Shown here: positions 26,357 to 36,192 of the stretch, piece after piece
Layout: each line of letters opens with the position of its first letter
Numbering within the stretch: the stretch's first letter is position 1
From: Oligoflexus sp.
GTDB lineage: Bacteria > Bdellovibrionota_B > Oligoflexia > Oligoflexales > Oligoflexaceae
DNA: 43,318 nucleotides
Reading direction: 5' to 3'
NCBI GenBank assembly: GCA_041736305.1
Contig: JBGSTX010000005.1
Span: forward strand, 1 to 43,318
The notes under the pieces: model-generated
Databases searched by the model: none
Told to the model about the DNA's origin: nothing
The model's input: the letters and a program-made list of their open reading frames with translations, nothing else
Program-made: the position numbers and the translations under genes

Positions 26357-27760
26357 TTAGAACACAAAAGGGGCAAGGGCAGCTGCTACAAAACCGCCGC
26401 CCCACGACTGACCGAGGATACGAGCTGCTTCCTTAACATCGGCAGACGACTTGAGACTGGTGATATAAGGCGACCAGGCTGAAACATTCCAGGCTGTAGC
26501 AGAACCGTAGAGGTAGTTCCGGGCTTTAACGCCATTTATCGAAACGTCTTCCCCTTGCACAAAGCTTGTCGGAAAGAATGCTTTAGCATCTGCAGGAGGA
26601 TTGGTAAAGAATTCCGGGACATTGACCGCAACGCTTTCATTGGTCAGATTGCTGTAAATTTGGGCCGGTCCGGAAACTATAGCCGAACTTTCTTTGAGAG
26701 TTAGACTAATACCGCGCGTTCCAGTCATAATTACGTCGGGACGAAGGGCCCAGAACTCGTCGACCTTACCGCCTAGAGAAGCTTGGCGAGCCGCTACAGC
26801 TTCATAGGTTTTCGAACCGGCTTCGATTGAAGCGCGGACGCTTTGGAGAGCTGCAGCCATCAAAGCCTTGCCATTGCTCTTTATAGTCAGAAACTGAGGG
26901 TATTCATTAATCGCCGAGACGCGCAAGGAGATGGGTGCTCCCTGAACTGACGAAAGAAGGAAACCGTCGACACCAAATATCTTGCCAAGCGAACCTATTA
27001 CAGCGACTGCGTCATTGATATCGTAGGCGCTTACCACGCGGGCGGTGGTCAGATAACTGTTCAGTGTAGCAAGACCAGCATATTTTTCAGCAAGCCCGAT
27101 TTTGGTGAAGCGATCGCGGGGATCTTTAAACGATGCGGTACCGTAAGCAATGCGATGATCCCAGACGACAGGATTGGCATCACTGACGTCTATGGCCGTT
27201 ACATTTTTTATGGTTTTTTCTAGCAGTGGAATGACAATTGTCTCCACCTCGCTCTGGGCATCAGCTACCGACTTGAAAGAATTGGGTTTCGAGGTGCTAG
27301 GCTCAGTAAAATATGCGGTTACGGCCTTCCACTGCGTGGTGGGAAGCAAGATGCTAGTGCTCGCCACCATCTGCTGCACCCCGGTTAAAACGAGGCTATG
27401 GGTTGCATTGTTTTGCTTAAAGAGTGGGGCAGCTCGAAAGACTACAGAACGGAAAGGACGAACCAACAAAGCGTACGATGAAGCTAGTTTCACTTCCGGC
27501 GGTGCAGATGCATAATTAGTCTCGAGCCCCTGAAGGAAGGCTTCAAGTTCGTCTGCTGTTTTAACAGCCAGGAAAGCATCGCGAAATTTCGCGAGACCTT
27601 TAATGTCTGCTTCACTGACTGGACCGGCCTGAGTCTGACTTTCAGATTCAGGGGCGCTTTCACCTGCTGGTTTGCAGGCTGCAAAGAGAAGAAGAGAGCC
27701 GGCAAACGCACCAAGCAAACCTTTATGCACGATACCCCTTGAGACCAGAACACGATTCAT
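26357..27760 (-). CDS. Hypothetical lipoprotein (467 aa, apparently helical)
   Basis: GGAG SD, signal ending LFAAC, long uninterrupted ORF; no family recognised. Confidence 0.8.
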   Translation of the reverse strand: MNRVLVSRGIVHKGLLGAFAGSLLLFAACKPAGESAPESESQTQAGPVSEADIKGLAKFRDAFLAVKTADELEAFLQGLETNYASAPPEVKLASSYALLVRPFRSVVFRAAPLFKQNNATHSLVLTGVQQMVASTSILLPTTQWKAVTAYFTEPSTSKPNSFKSVADAQSEVETIVIPLLEKTIKNVTAIDVSDANPVVWDHRIAYGTASFKDPRDRFTKIGLAEKYAGLATLNSYLTTARVVSAYDINDAVAVIGSLGKIFGVDGFLLSSVQGAPISLRVSAINEYPQFLTIKSNGKALMAAALQSVRASIEAGSKTYEAVAARQASLGGKVDEFWALRPDVIMTGTRGISLTLKESSAIVSGPAQIYSNLTNESVAVNVPEFFTNPPADAKAFFPTSFVQGEDVSINGVKARNYLYGSATAWNVSAWSPYITSLKSSADVKEAARILGQSWGGGFVAAALAPFVF

Positions 27761-28482
27761 AGCTTCTCCATAAAGTGAATTTAAAATTATCTTGCTTCAG
27801 TAAAGCCAATCTTTAATTGGGCAAAATCGATCTCTAGCCAGAAGCAGACCAAGGACTTGGGGAATGAAAGCGCTGCACGCTAGAAAAATATCTGTGTTCA
27901 TGCGTTCCCAGAACTGAATAGCCTGACCTTGAGCCGAAGCTCGCAGGTGCATTTTCTTACTGTGAGTAAGTATCGAAACTATACTAACACAAATTCAATA
28001 TAACTTCCGAGTATGAGTAAATTAATCCTGAAGTGAGAGCAGGCAAAAAGCGCCTATTTCGTAGCACTTCGTAGCTGAAGCCATGTTTCGGGGGTTTATG
28101 AAAAGTGAAGTTTACGCTCGATTTTTTGTTGGGCGCGCGAGAATTTTTTAGGTGTTTTCTTCCTACATCTTTAAGTGAAGCAAGTTGATAAAATAGGAAA
28201 AGGCTTTCTTCTCTAAAGGGAGGGCCAAACCGGGTGGGATGCACCAAGTCGAGCCTTGCCACGCCGTACGGATCGGCCCGTTCTAAATCTAAGCTTTAGC
28301 TGATCTCTGAGGAAGGCCAGTCCCGGATTCGCAGGGCGACTCAGCTTATCGTTGGCATAATCAAAGGTAATAATCCCAAATTTGATAGGCGTATCACCTA
28401 AACGAAAATTATCCAGAGCTTTTGGCGAAAGTCAACTAGATTAGTTGCAATCACCCGCGACCGTGACACGACCAGCTGCTTT

Positions 28483-28662
28483 CAGCCCCTTCCCGCCCAG
28501 CTGGAGGAATTCCTCGGCTCCGGTGATCCGCCTATATACTTTGGTTTTGGCAGCACGCGTACGCCGGAGGAACTTGGTCCGCTTTTGATCAAATCAGCCC
28601 GCGCACTCACTCGTAAAGCCACTTTCAAACAAATGATCCCTTGCTCGCGGCAGGCCCTATAA
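28483..28662 (+). pseudogene. Fragment of a GT1/GT-B glycosyltransferase (GtfA/sterol glucosyltransferase-like)
   Basis: Unlisted + frame reads QPLPAQLEEFLGSGDPPIYFGFGSTRTPEELGPLLIKSARALTRKATF, matching the 'L..FL..G.PP.Y.GFGS' motif. Bounded by stops at 28399 and 28660 with no start codon before the motif. Confidence 0.75.
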
Positions 28663-28756
28663 TTCGACAATGGCTGGAGTACTAGCCGAGAGTCGGCTAG
28701 ACTAGGCGATCCATCGCCTATGCCACTTCGGATAAGGCAGTATTGTTGTAAAGAAG

Positions 28757-30331
28757 GTGCCTGTGGCTAAACCAAGCGAAAAGATACCAAAACTACTCGT
28801 CCGCAATACCACCCCGGCCGACTTTGAGGGAATACGTGCACTCTATGCGCGCGTCTATCCCCAATTTCCTAACTACACCCACGAGATGCTGCTCGGTCAG
28901 CTCAACTATTTTGCGCAGGGCCAGTTCGTGGCAGTTTGCGACAACGTCATTGTTGGCTTCTGCTGTACCTTTCGCATCAGTTCCCAATTTGCTCTCAAAC
29001 CGCACTCCTGGGATGAAATAACTGGAGGGGGTTACGCCTCACGGCATGATCCTAACGGCGAATTGCTCTATGGTATGGAACTCTTCGTCGACCCTGCCTT
29101 TCGCGGCCTGCGCATAGGTCAGCGGCTCTACAATGAACGTAAGAAATTATGTCAGTATTTGCGCCTGACAGGCATCGTCTTCGGCGGTCGCATACCCGGC
29201 TTATCCAGACGGATAAAGGAGGTTAAAACTCCGGAGCAGTATCTTGCGCTGGTCCAACAGAAAAAGCTTCGCGATATGGTGCTGACTTTTCAGCTTCGCA
29301 ATGGCTTCGAAGTACTAGGCCTCTTGAGAAACTATGTCCCTAGTGACAGAGAATCGATGGGTTATGCCGCGCATTTGCTTTGGCGCAATCCTCAAGTCAG
29401 CCCATCACAGGCCAACACAAATCAAGCCGAAGGCCGCATGCAAGACTCCATTCGCATAGGCACGGTCCAGTATCATCAGAGGCGGATAGCTTCTTTCGAA
29501 GAATTTGCCCGGCATGTTGAATATTTTGTCGATGTTGTTGCCGACTATCGAGGTGATTTCGTACTATTTCCCGAACTTTTTACGCTTCAGCTTCTTTCCT
29601 GCGAACCTGAACAGCTGCCACCAGCTCAAGCGATCGAGGCTTTAACAAGGCACACGGAGCCCTTTAAAAAGATGATGGGGGACTTAGCGCTTCGCTACAA
29701 TATCAATATCATTGGTGGATCGCATCCGACCATGCTTGAGAACGGTGATGTTCAAAACATTTCGTATGTTTTTTTACGAGATGGAAGCATCCATGAACAA
29801 GTCAAGATTCACCCAACTCCGAGCGAGCGCTTCTGGTGGAATATTCGGGGTGGTAATGAAGTCCGGACCATCAATACCGACTGTGGACCCATAGGTGTTC
29901 TTATCTGCTACGATGCCGAGTTTCCAGAACTTGCGCGGCATTTGGTCAATCAAGGAGCACAGATCCTCTTTGTCCCCTTCTGCACTGACGAACGACAGAG
30001 TTATCTCCGTGTTCGATACTGTGCTCAAGCCCGAGCTATAGAAAATCAGTGTTATGTGGCGATGGCTGGCAATGTCGGCAATCTTCCTGGTGTAAGCAAT
30101 ATGGATATCCAGTATGCCCAGAGCTGCATCATGACTCCCTGCGATTTTCCTTTTGCCCGCGATGGCATTGCCGCAGAGAGCGAGCCCAACACCGAGGCTG
30201 TTGCTATTGCCGATGTACGTCTTGAAAATTTAGCCACTGCCCGAAATGCCGGTACGGTACAAAACCTCAAAGATCGACGCTTTGATCTTTACAGCATACA
30301 GTGGAAACACATGACGACACATCCTAAATAA
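28757..30331 (+). CDS. Bifunctional GNAT acetyltransferase / carbon-nitrogen hydrolase (nitrilase superfamily)
   Basis: N-terminal VDPAFRGLRIGQRLY acetyl-CoA motif; C-terminal triad FPELF (E), VKIHPT (K), ICYDAEFPE (C), plus ARAIENQ. Confidence 0.92.
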   Translation: MPVAKPSEKIPKLLVRNTTPADFEGIRALYARVYPQFPNYTHEMLLGQLNYFAQGQFVAVCDNVIVGFCCTFRISSQFALKPHSWDEITGGGYASRHDPNGELLYGMELFVDPAFRGLRIGQRLYNERKKLCQYLRLTGIVFGGRIPGLSRRIKEVKTPEQYLALVQQKKLRDMVLTFQLRNGFEVLGLLRNYVPSDRESMGYAAHLLWRNPQVSPSQANTNQAEGRMQDSIRIGTVQYHQRRIASFEEFARHVEYFVDVVADYRGDFVLFPELFTLQLLSCEPEQLPPAQAIEALTRHTEPFKKMMGDLALRYNINIIGGSHPTMLENGDVQNISYVFLRDGSIHEQVKIHPTPSERFWWNIRGGNEVRTINTDCGPIGVLICYDAEFPELARHLVNQGAQILFVPFCTDERQSYLRVRYCAQARAIENQCYVAMAGNVGNLPGVSNMDIQYAQSCIMTPCDFPFARDGIAAESEPNTEAVAIADVRLENLATARNAGTVQNLKDRRFDLYSIQWKHMTTHPK

Positions 30332-30439
30332 GCCTTTAAGCACAGCCTGCAGATTCCATATTTGCGTCTCTTCGCACCGAAGCTTGTGCGAGGAAGCTGC
30401 AAAGCTCTCGTCGCTGTTTTGTCCCAAAATTATTGAATG

Positions 30440-31201
30440 CTAGGCATTCAATAGTCTATTCCGATTCTCGCTGTAGATTCTAAGCCCAAATTTCCCTGCC
30501 TGACTCATTCGCCATCGCCCGATTTCTTCCTGAGCCGCAGCTGGCAGCTTCTCGAGCTGAGGCAGTGAAACACCGTAGTTATCCGGCAGCAGCACAGGCG
30601 AGGCCAAGGCCGCGAAACTTAGATCTGCAGCCGAAAATGTGTTGCCGAGCAGAAAAGATCGTCCATCTCCCAAAGTCTTTTCGACCTTATTCCACACTTC
30701 CTGCAACTTAAGCCTCGAACGCTCTGCTCCTTCATGATCGATCTTCAGACCTTTGCCAATGAGCTTGCGCATCAAAGGCAGAAGAGGGCGGCAGAGCACC
30801 TCCTCAGGACGCGACACCCCCTGAAGCAAAAGCGGATTGGCGATCTGGGGAAGAGAGAGGACATGGTAATAGATAATGCGCCGAGTCGCAGGCCCGAGTT
30901 CTCGATCGAATAATGCGAGCCAGTCCATGACAGCTGACCTCTCGCTATCAGATCTACCGAAGAGCGAAGAGGACTTGCTCCTCCCGTCGGCCCAGATAAC
31001 GATGGGAGTCGACTCGAGAATAGGTCCTTGCTCGGTAAAAAGCACCGGCACTGTACTCCACGACCCACGAAGCCGGCCTTCGAGACGCGTGATAAAGGGA
31101 AGATGAGTGAGCCTGCTATAAGGAATACAGCAGTATTCTAAGGCCCATCTTGCTTTTTCACAGTAGTGGCTGACACCAATTTCTAGAAGTTTTGGCTGCA
31201 T
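30440..31201 (-). CDS. Glutathione S-transferase family protein
   Basis: SHYCEKARWAL, TVPVL, ES, FLLGNTFSAADLSFA. Start moved to ATG 31201 with a GAGGGA SD. Confidence 0.9.
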   Translation of the reverse strand: MQPKLLEIGVSHYCEKARWALEYCCIPYSRLTHLPFITRLEGRLRGSWSTVPVLFTEQGPILESTPIVIWADGRSKSSSLFGRSDSERSAVMDWLALFDRELGPATRRIIYYHVLSLPQIANPLLLQGVSRPEEVLCRPLLPLMRKLIGKGLKIDHEGAERSRLKLQEVWNKVEKTLGDGRSFLLGNTFSAADLSFAALASPVLLPDNYGVSLPQLEKLPAAAQEEIGRWRMSQAGKFGLRIYSENRNRLLNA

Positions 31202-31645
31202 AAAGCGATATTCCCTCTTCTTAGTCTCGCAATTTTTTTTAATGGCCACGTTCCGGATATTTTTCGAAGGCTGTTACTGTGATCGACATCTGAGCTTCCT
31301 CCTTCAGAAAGGATCGGCACCAGGCGAGATGCTGTCAAGGCGAAGCTCCCAGTCGAAGAGAAGCAGGTCCCCCGTTAAGATATTCATGTCAAAAAGAGAG
31401 GGATCACCCAATTTTGAGCCTCATGCGTCCGCAGACTTTCCCCTCCCCGGCAATCCGACTCCAGACCTTGAAGGGAATCATGAACTCTCCCATCCAGCTG
31501 CCCACGCACCTTTGAGCAAAAAATATTTTAGTCTGACGCTAGAATTTTCGCGGAGTAAAAGTTATACACCGAATCGCATCTGTCTCCGAAAGCCAACAAA
31601 TTCCTCGCGCCGCTACGACCGATGCTACTAGGGAGAGTTTCACCT

Positions 31646-33010
31646 ATGACCCGTCAATACTGCTACTGGATCGCCGCCTGTCTTTTGTTCTCATGTGGCA
31701 AGGACAATGGCGACAGGCAGGTGGAAAAAGAAGTGGCATACCTTCAGCTGCCCGCTGCCAGTTTTACAAGCAAATGTAGCGACGATTTAGAATCTCGCTG
31801 TAAAGATGTCCGAGAAAAACTGTCGGTGACTCAGGCACAGCTTAACATCGCGATAGCAAGTATCGACCGTCCAGCCATCGCCCAGCTGCAAATGGAGCTG
31901 GGCGAACTTTATGAACTTCTTCAGGCCTATCTAAGAGGACAAAGCGACACCACAGAAATCCAGGATCGCTATGTGGCTTTGCGGAACATTATGAATGCGC
32001 CTGCTAACGGCTCCAGTTCTCCTAAGATCAGCTACCGAACCGAGGAGCTCGAAGCAGTAAGAGCGGTGTTTCGTGATTTCGGCGATCTTTACATCTCTCC
32101 GACAGGGATCGACGAAAGGGGTCGCCCAGAAACTCTGACTCTTGCTGTCGACGACACAATGCGTCCGTGGGCTGGCTACTGGTATCCGAAATCCAAGGCC
32201 GAGATATTTGCGAACGAAAATTCGCCTTTGCGGAAATTCGAAATTTATCTGGCCAAGCGAGGATGGGCGAGTTCCATTGTCAGCTGGGAAAAAGAGCGTT
32301 GGCAACCTGGAATCTATGCCGACTGGGAAGGCCTTTGCGATGCTCTTGCCATGGCCTCGGTTCTCACCCGCGAGCCACAGTCTACTCTTAGCTTAAACGA
32401 AGTCGACTTCACGCTTGCCGATCAGAAAGCCCTCGCTCTCAAATACTACGAAGGCTTCGAACCAAAGGTCTACGGCATTCGCTATGAAGGCTCAGCGGAG
32501 TCTGACGGGGAAATGCAAGACCTTCGACCAGAAGCCTTTCATCGCCTGGTCGAAACCTTCCTTCAGGACAAAAAGCAGGCTTTGGTCATGGACAGTGATC
32601 CAGGGCCTGAAGTATGGGCAAAGCCAGTCTATAAAGTCACATGGAAGATCTATCAGGATCCTGATTTTGCGAATGCCTATAGAGTCGATGCATTTCTATC
32701 GATGCTCACTCCGCGCACCGACCCCCCCAAAGCTGAGGACGATCCTTTAACCGACTACTTCACCGATACGGCTTCGCCAAAGTATGAGTATCGTTTGTAT
32801 GTTGACCCTAACGACCGCCGCGATAATAAGCTAAAAGTCGTGGCCGGAGAGTGGCTTAACGATTCACTTGATCAACATCCAGACATGATATTTGTTCCTC
32901 AATCAGCTTTCCACACGAAGCAGAGAAACAAGGAACTGCAAAAGTTTGAAGGTGAATTGCGCAAGCTCTTGATCGAGGCAAAAATGTTTCCGCAGGAAAC
33001 TGTTGAATAG
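31646..33010 (+). CDS. Lipoprotein with transglutaminase-elicitor-like domain
   Basis: LFSC lipobox; motifs PWAGYWYP, WEGLCD, EP, PEAFH, EVW, GEW...HPD. ATG 31646 follows a GGGAG SD. Confidence 0.7.
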   Translation: MTRQYCYWIAACLLFSCGKDNGDRQVEKEVAYLQLPAASFTSKCSDDLESRCKDVREKLSVTQAQLNIAIASIDRPAIAQLQMELGELYELLQAYLRGQSDTTEIQDRYVALRNIMNAPANGSSSPKISYRTEELEAVRAVFRDFGDLYISPTGIDERGRPETLTLAVDDTMRPWAGYWYPKSKAEIFANENSPLRKFEIYLAKRGWASSIVSWEKERWQPGIYADWEGLCDALAMASVLTREPQSTLSLNEVDFTLADQKALALKYYEGFEPKVYGIRYEGSAESDGEMQDLRPEAFHRLVETFLQDKKQALVMDSDPGPEVWAKPVYKVTWKIYQDPDFANAYRVDAFLSMLTPRTDPPKAEDDPLTDYFTDTASPKYEYRLYVDPNDRRDNKLKVVAGEWLNDSLDQHPDMIFVPQSAFHTKQRNKELQKFEGELRKLLIEAKMFPQETVE

Positions 33011-33068
33011 GATTTTTGCTTGTGTTTCTTTTTGTTCGTAAATCACTTCGCTCTGAGGAGTACTCTGC

Positions 33069-33602
33069 ATGACCAACTCTAGAACTATCTTTGCCCTTCT
33101 TCTCGCTGGAACCTTTAGCGGCAGCGCTCTCGCCAAAGAAACTGCAGCTGCCGGTCTGCAATCACTGAAAGCTGTCTGCGACGAACTCACATCCAACGAG
33201 CAGCTCAAACCCTTCAAAGTTACCGTCACATGTCGCCATAGCGGCACGACTTGGAAAGATGTGGGAGAAAGCAGCGTTTACCTTCCGAACTCACGTGAGA
33301 TCTCAGCTGCGTTTCGCGTTAAGCAATATGCTTCTGAAACCAGTCCTCAAGCAGTTGAAGCTGCTAAAACTCCGGCTGCTTGTACCGTCCTCGAAAAATT
33401 CAAGTCCACCGCACTTGTAGACGTGAGCCTGAGTTGCCAAGAACTCAAAGCGGTCGACGACGTGACCAGCTTCTGTCTCGATGCGATCGAAGCTCGTTTG
33501 GAAGAAAACCCTGCTCAGTTTGTCGAAGTCTCAACGGGTGAGACCTATGATACCTGCAAAGGTGCTGTGGCAAAGAATACCAAGAAACCAAAAACCAATT
33601 GA
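33069..33602 (+). CDS. Secreted Cys-rich hypothetical protein
   Basis: GAGGAG SD, Sec signal ending ALA, six cysteines. Confidence 0.8.
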   Translation: MTNSRTIFALLLAGTFSGSALAKETAAAGLQSLKAVCDELTSNEQLKPFKVTVTCRHSGTTWKDVGESSVYLPNSREISAAFRVKQYASETSPQAVEAAKTPAACTVLEKFKSTALVDVSLSCQELKAVDDVTSFCLDAIEARLEENPAQFVEVSTGETYDTCKGAVAKNTKKPKTN

Positions 33603-33656
33603 GCCGCACCTAGCCGAGCCTAAGTGCTTGGATTACTAGCAGCGATAAGCGCCCTG

Positions 33657-33690
33657 ATCCCGCCTTCATTTTATGTTGGCGGGATTTTTT
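33657..33690 (+). terminator. Intrinsic terminator
   Basis: ATCCCGCC...GGCGGGAT stem followed by a T run. Confidence 0.8.
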
Positions 33691-33812
33691 CATTCGGGTC
33701 TGGCTCAATATGGCCTACCATTGAAACGTTTTTGCTAGAGGCTGAAATTGCAGCGGAGCCGAAGAGAGTATACATTTATTGCAACATCTACCTACACTGA
33801 CAGGATAAGCTT

Positions 33813-34493
33813 ATGCGCGCTCTGCTGCTCCTTTCCGCTCTTGCCTCCTCAGCCGCTGCTCAGGAAGGTGGTGAACAGCCTCGTTCCATGACTTCAGCAG
33901 ACCTTCGGGAGGCTGGTAGTTTCGGGGTGGGACTAGGTCTAGGTACTTTCCTAGTTCCGATCTCGGGAAGCGCTCTCCATGGATTTTACTCCTTCAAGAA
34001 AGATTTGCAGTTAGAACTTCAGCTTTGGGGCGGCACGTTTGATGGGAAGGACATCATCGACAAAGAACCGACGGTCCGCCTCGACCACTTGGACCTCAAG
34101 GGGAGCCTGGCTCAATTCCGCCTGAAATATTTCGTCGGCAATAGCTTCTATGTGGCGGGTGCTTTTGGCAGTCGCAGGATTGAATTTGACCTGCAGGCTT
34201 CGAATATTCTCGGAGACATGGTTAGGACTGAACTCGAATCCGATGCCGTCTTCGCCGGTATTGCCATCGGTAACACCTGGACATTTGGCAGCGGCTTCTT
34301 CATCGGTGGTGAATGGGTCGCAGTCTCTGTTCCGCTCGCTTCAGAGTTTTCCTCGGAAACTACGGAAACTTCGGCTTCATCGACTCCGACTGATCTTACG
34401 GATCTGCAGGCTGAGGCCGAGGACTCGGCCAAGGACCTCGGTGAAGTTACAACTCTCGGCTTGGCGACTCTTTATTTGGGTTGGCAGTTCTGA
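33813..34493 (+). CDS. Outer-membrane beta-barrel protein
   Basis: Signal peptide, alternating amphipathic strands rich in Gly and aromatics, C-terminal LYLGWQF beta-signal. Confidence 0.75.
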   Translation: MRALLLLSALASSAAAQEGGEQPRSMTSADLREAGSFGVGLGLGTFLVPISGSALHGFYSFKKDLQLELQLWGGTFDGKDIIDKEPTVRLDHLDLKGSLAQFRLKYFVGNSFYVAGAFGSRRIEFDLQASNILGDMVRTELESDAVFAGIAIGNTWTFGSGFFIGGEWVAVSVPLASEFSSETTETSASSTPTDLTDLQAEAEDSAKDLGEVTTLGLATLYLGWQF

Positions 34494-34548
34494 GCAGTCG
34501 ACGATACAAGGCAAGCATCGGCGGCCTTGCCTCTCCAAAAGATAAAGC

Positions 34549-35802
34549 TTAACGACAAATTTGGTCGTTAGGCTGCGTAGTCCAGAAGGCCCTATCGTTG
34601 GTCATGTTGCTGCCGTAGAGGTAAGCCTGCATCAAACGTAGAACTTCGTTGCCGTAATCCTTGACCCAGCTAGGTTCAGTAGCAGAAGACGGCCAGCCGG
34701 TGTTATGGTCAGCTAGAGTACCCAGCAGATAGAGTTTAGCCTCCTTGCCTGCCCCGAAGTCCCGAACGGATCTGAGGACGCCATCAGCCAAACGTTTCAT
34801 CCCTACATAGGTGGAAACGGCAGGGTTGTAGAACTGTGACATTTCGGGAATAGGTAGTCCGGAAAAACCAGGAATCGTACTGTCGTAACCACCACCACGA
34901 AAGTTAGTGACGGCAGCCTGGAACGGCCCCCAAGCATGACCGGGACCTCCTACGCCTGTCTCTAGATCTATCCGCCACTTCTCGCCCTGGGCTGATTCTC
35001 GCGACATCACAGCAAACATAAAGGCCATGGCTTGACGCTTGCTCAAACCAAGATCGTTTTCGTAAACCTGCTTAAAGGGCGAATACGCGTCGTAGACCTG
35101 GCCGATAAATGTTTTAATTTCAGTGTTGGAAGCTGTCTTACTCAAGGCAGGGAGATTCAATTGTCCCCGATAGCTATCATACTGCGAGCGAGAGGCAGGA
35201 GCTGCCGTCGTTGGCAAGCCGAAGTTAGGCTTCATACAAACCTGATTCCCTGGATCCTTCTGATCGCTCTTCGAGTCTTCTTGCGGGACTTTCGGCTTAT
35301 TGGCGACATCGCCGCTTGGTACGAGGGGAACAGTTCCGGCATCGGCATCTGAACCTTCGAGGCAGAGGGCGAGATCCGTCTTGAAGGTCGGTGTAAAGAT
35401 CTCATAGATCTTACTGCGTATCGCGGCACAGGCTTGATAAACGACCCGGCCTGCATCATCCTTATAAACTAGATTGATGCTATAGCGTCCCTGGGCGATT
35501 TGTATGCCCAAGTCTTCGGACTTGCCAGCTTGGAAGGCAGCGCGCTGAATCGAGCGTTTATATTCAGTCTTGTCAGCGTCCGTCTGTATCATCGAAATAT
35601 CAACTGAACTCCAATCGGGCAAACCTGCACCGGGTTTGAACTCGTCGAGGTGAAAAGAACTGACGCCTGCCTTTTCACCTTTATCGACGGGACGGCGTAC
35701 GCAGTTGGCTAGAAGTAAAACGGAAGAGACGAGGCCCAGACAGACCTTAAAATTTGGCAGAAATCGCACTGAAGTATTCTCCGATTTAATTCCCCGAAAC
35801 AA
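34549..35802 (-). CDS. Lipoprotein with C-terminal lysozyme/lytic transglycosylase-like domain
   Basis: LLANC lipobox; AVMSRES (catalytic Glu), GPFQ (GLMQ-like), NPAVSTYVG, HNTG (YNxG-like). Start uncertain. Confidence 0.6.
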   Translation of the reverse strand: MFRGIKSENTSVRFLPNFKVCLGLVSSVLLLANCVRRPVDKGEKAGVSSFHLDEFKPGAGLPDWSSVDISMIQTDADKTEYKRSIQRAAFQAGKSEDLGIQIAQGRYSINLVYKDDAGRVVYQACAAIRSKIYEIFTPTFKTDLALCLEGSDADAGTVPLVPSGDVANKPKVPQEDSKSDQKDPGNQVCMKPNFGLPTTAAPASRSQYDSYRGQLNLPALSKTASNTEIKTFIGQVYDAYSPFKQVYENDLGLSKRQAMAFMFAVMSRESAQGEKWRIDLETGVGGPGHAWGPFQAAVTNFRGGGYDSTIPGFSGLPIPEMSQFYNPAVSTYVGMKRLADGVLRSVRDFGAGKEAKLYLLGTLADHNTGWPSSATEPSWVKDYGNEVLRLMQAYLYGSNMTNDRAFWTTQPNDQICR

Positions 35803-36038
35803 GACGAGGGACTACAAGCGAGAGTTGTAAAACTCCCAAGCATGCAAGAGGATGCAATGCCTACGCCAGCCGCGGGCGAGCTAGCACGATTAAATTGCCT
35901 TGTAAAATGATGGGCTTTTTCGGGGTTTCTGTCGGAGCAAATAGCTTACGCGCGAAAAGTCAGTGTCAGATTCCTATACACTCGAAGGCGTATTCGGCTC
36001 GAACCACGGTCATCACGCAGTATGACAAGGAGTCATTC

Positions 36039-36143
36039 ATGCCAATAAATGCCCAGCTCCTTCAATCCCGCAAACTTCCCGAACGGGACTTAGCGTTCAT
36101 CCTTAAGAAATTGAAATGGCTAATGAAATTTCTAGGCTTGTAA
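36039..36143 (+). CDS. Putative small protein (34 aa)
   Basis: AAGGAG 6 nt upstream of ATG; MPINAQLLQSRKLPERDLAFILKKLKWLMKFLGL. Confidence 0.4.
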   Translation: MPINAQLLQSRKLPERDLAFILKKLKWLMKFLGL

Positions 36144-36192
36144 GTGATAATGAAAGTCATTATCCTTAAATTTTTGCTAGCGAGGAGAGTCT

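Noticed and set aside
31242-31631. 129-aa ORF between the GST and the transglutaminase-like gene
   Set aside because: Spans a divergent promoter region, Ser/Pro/Arg-rich non-coding-like composition, no SD.
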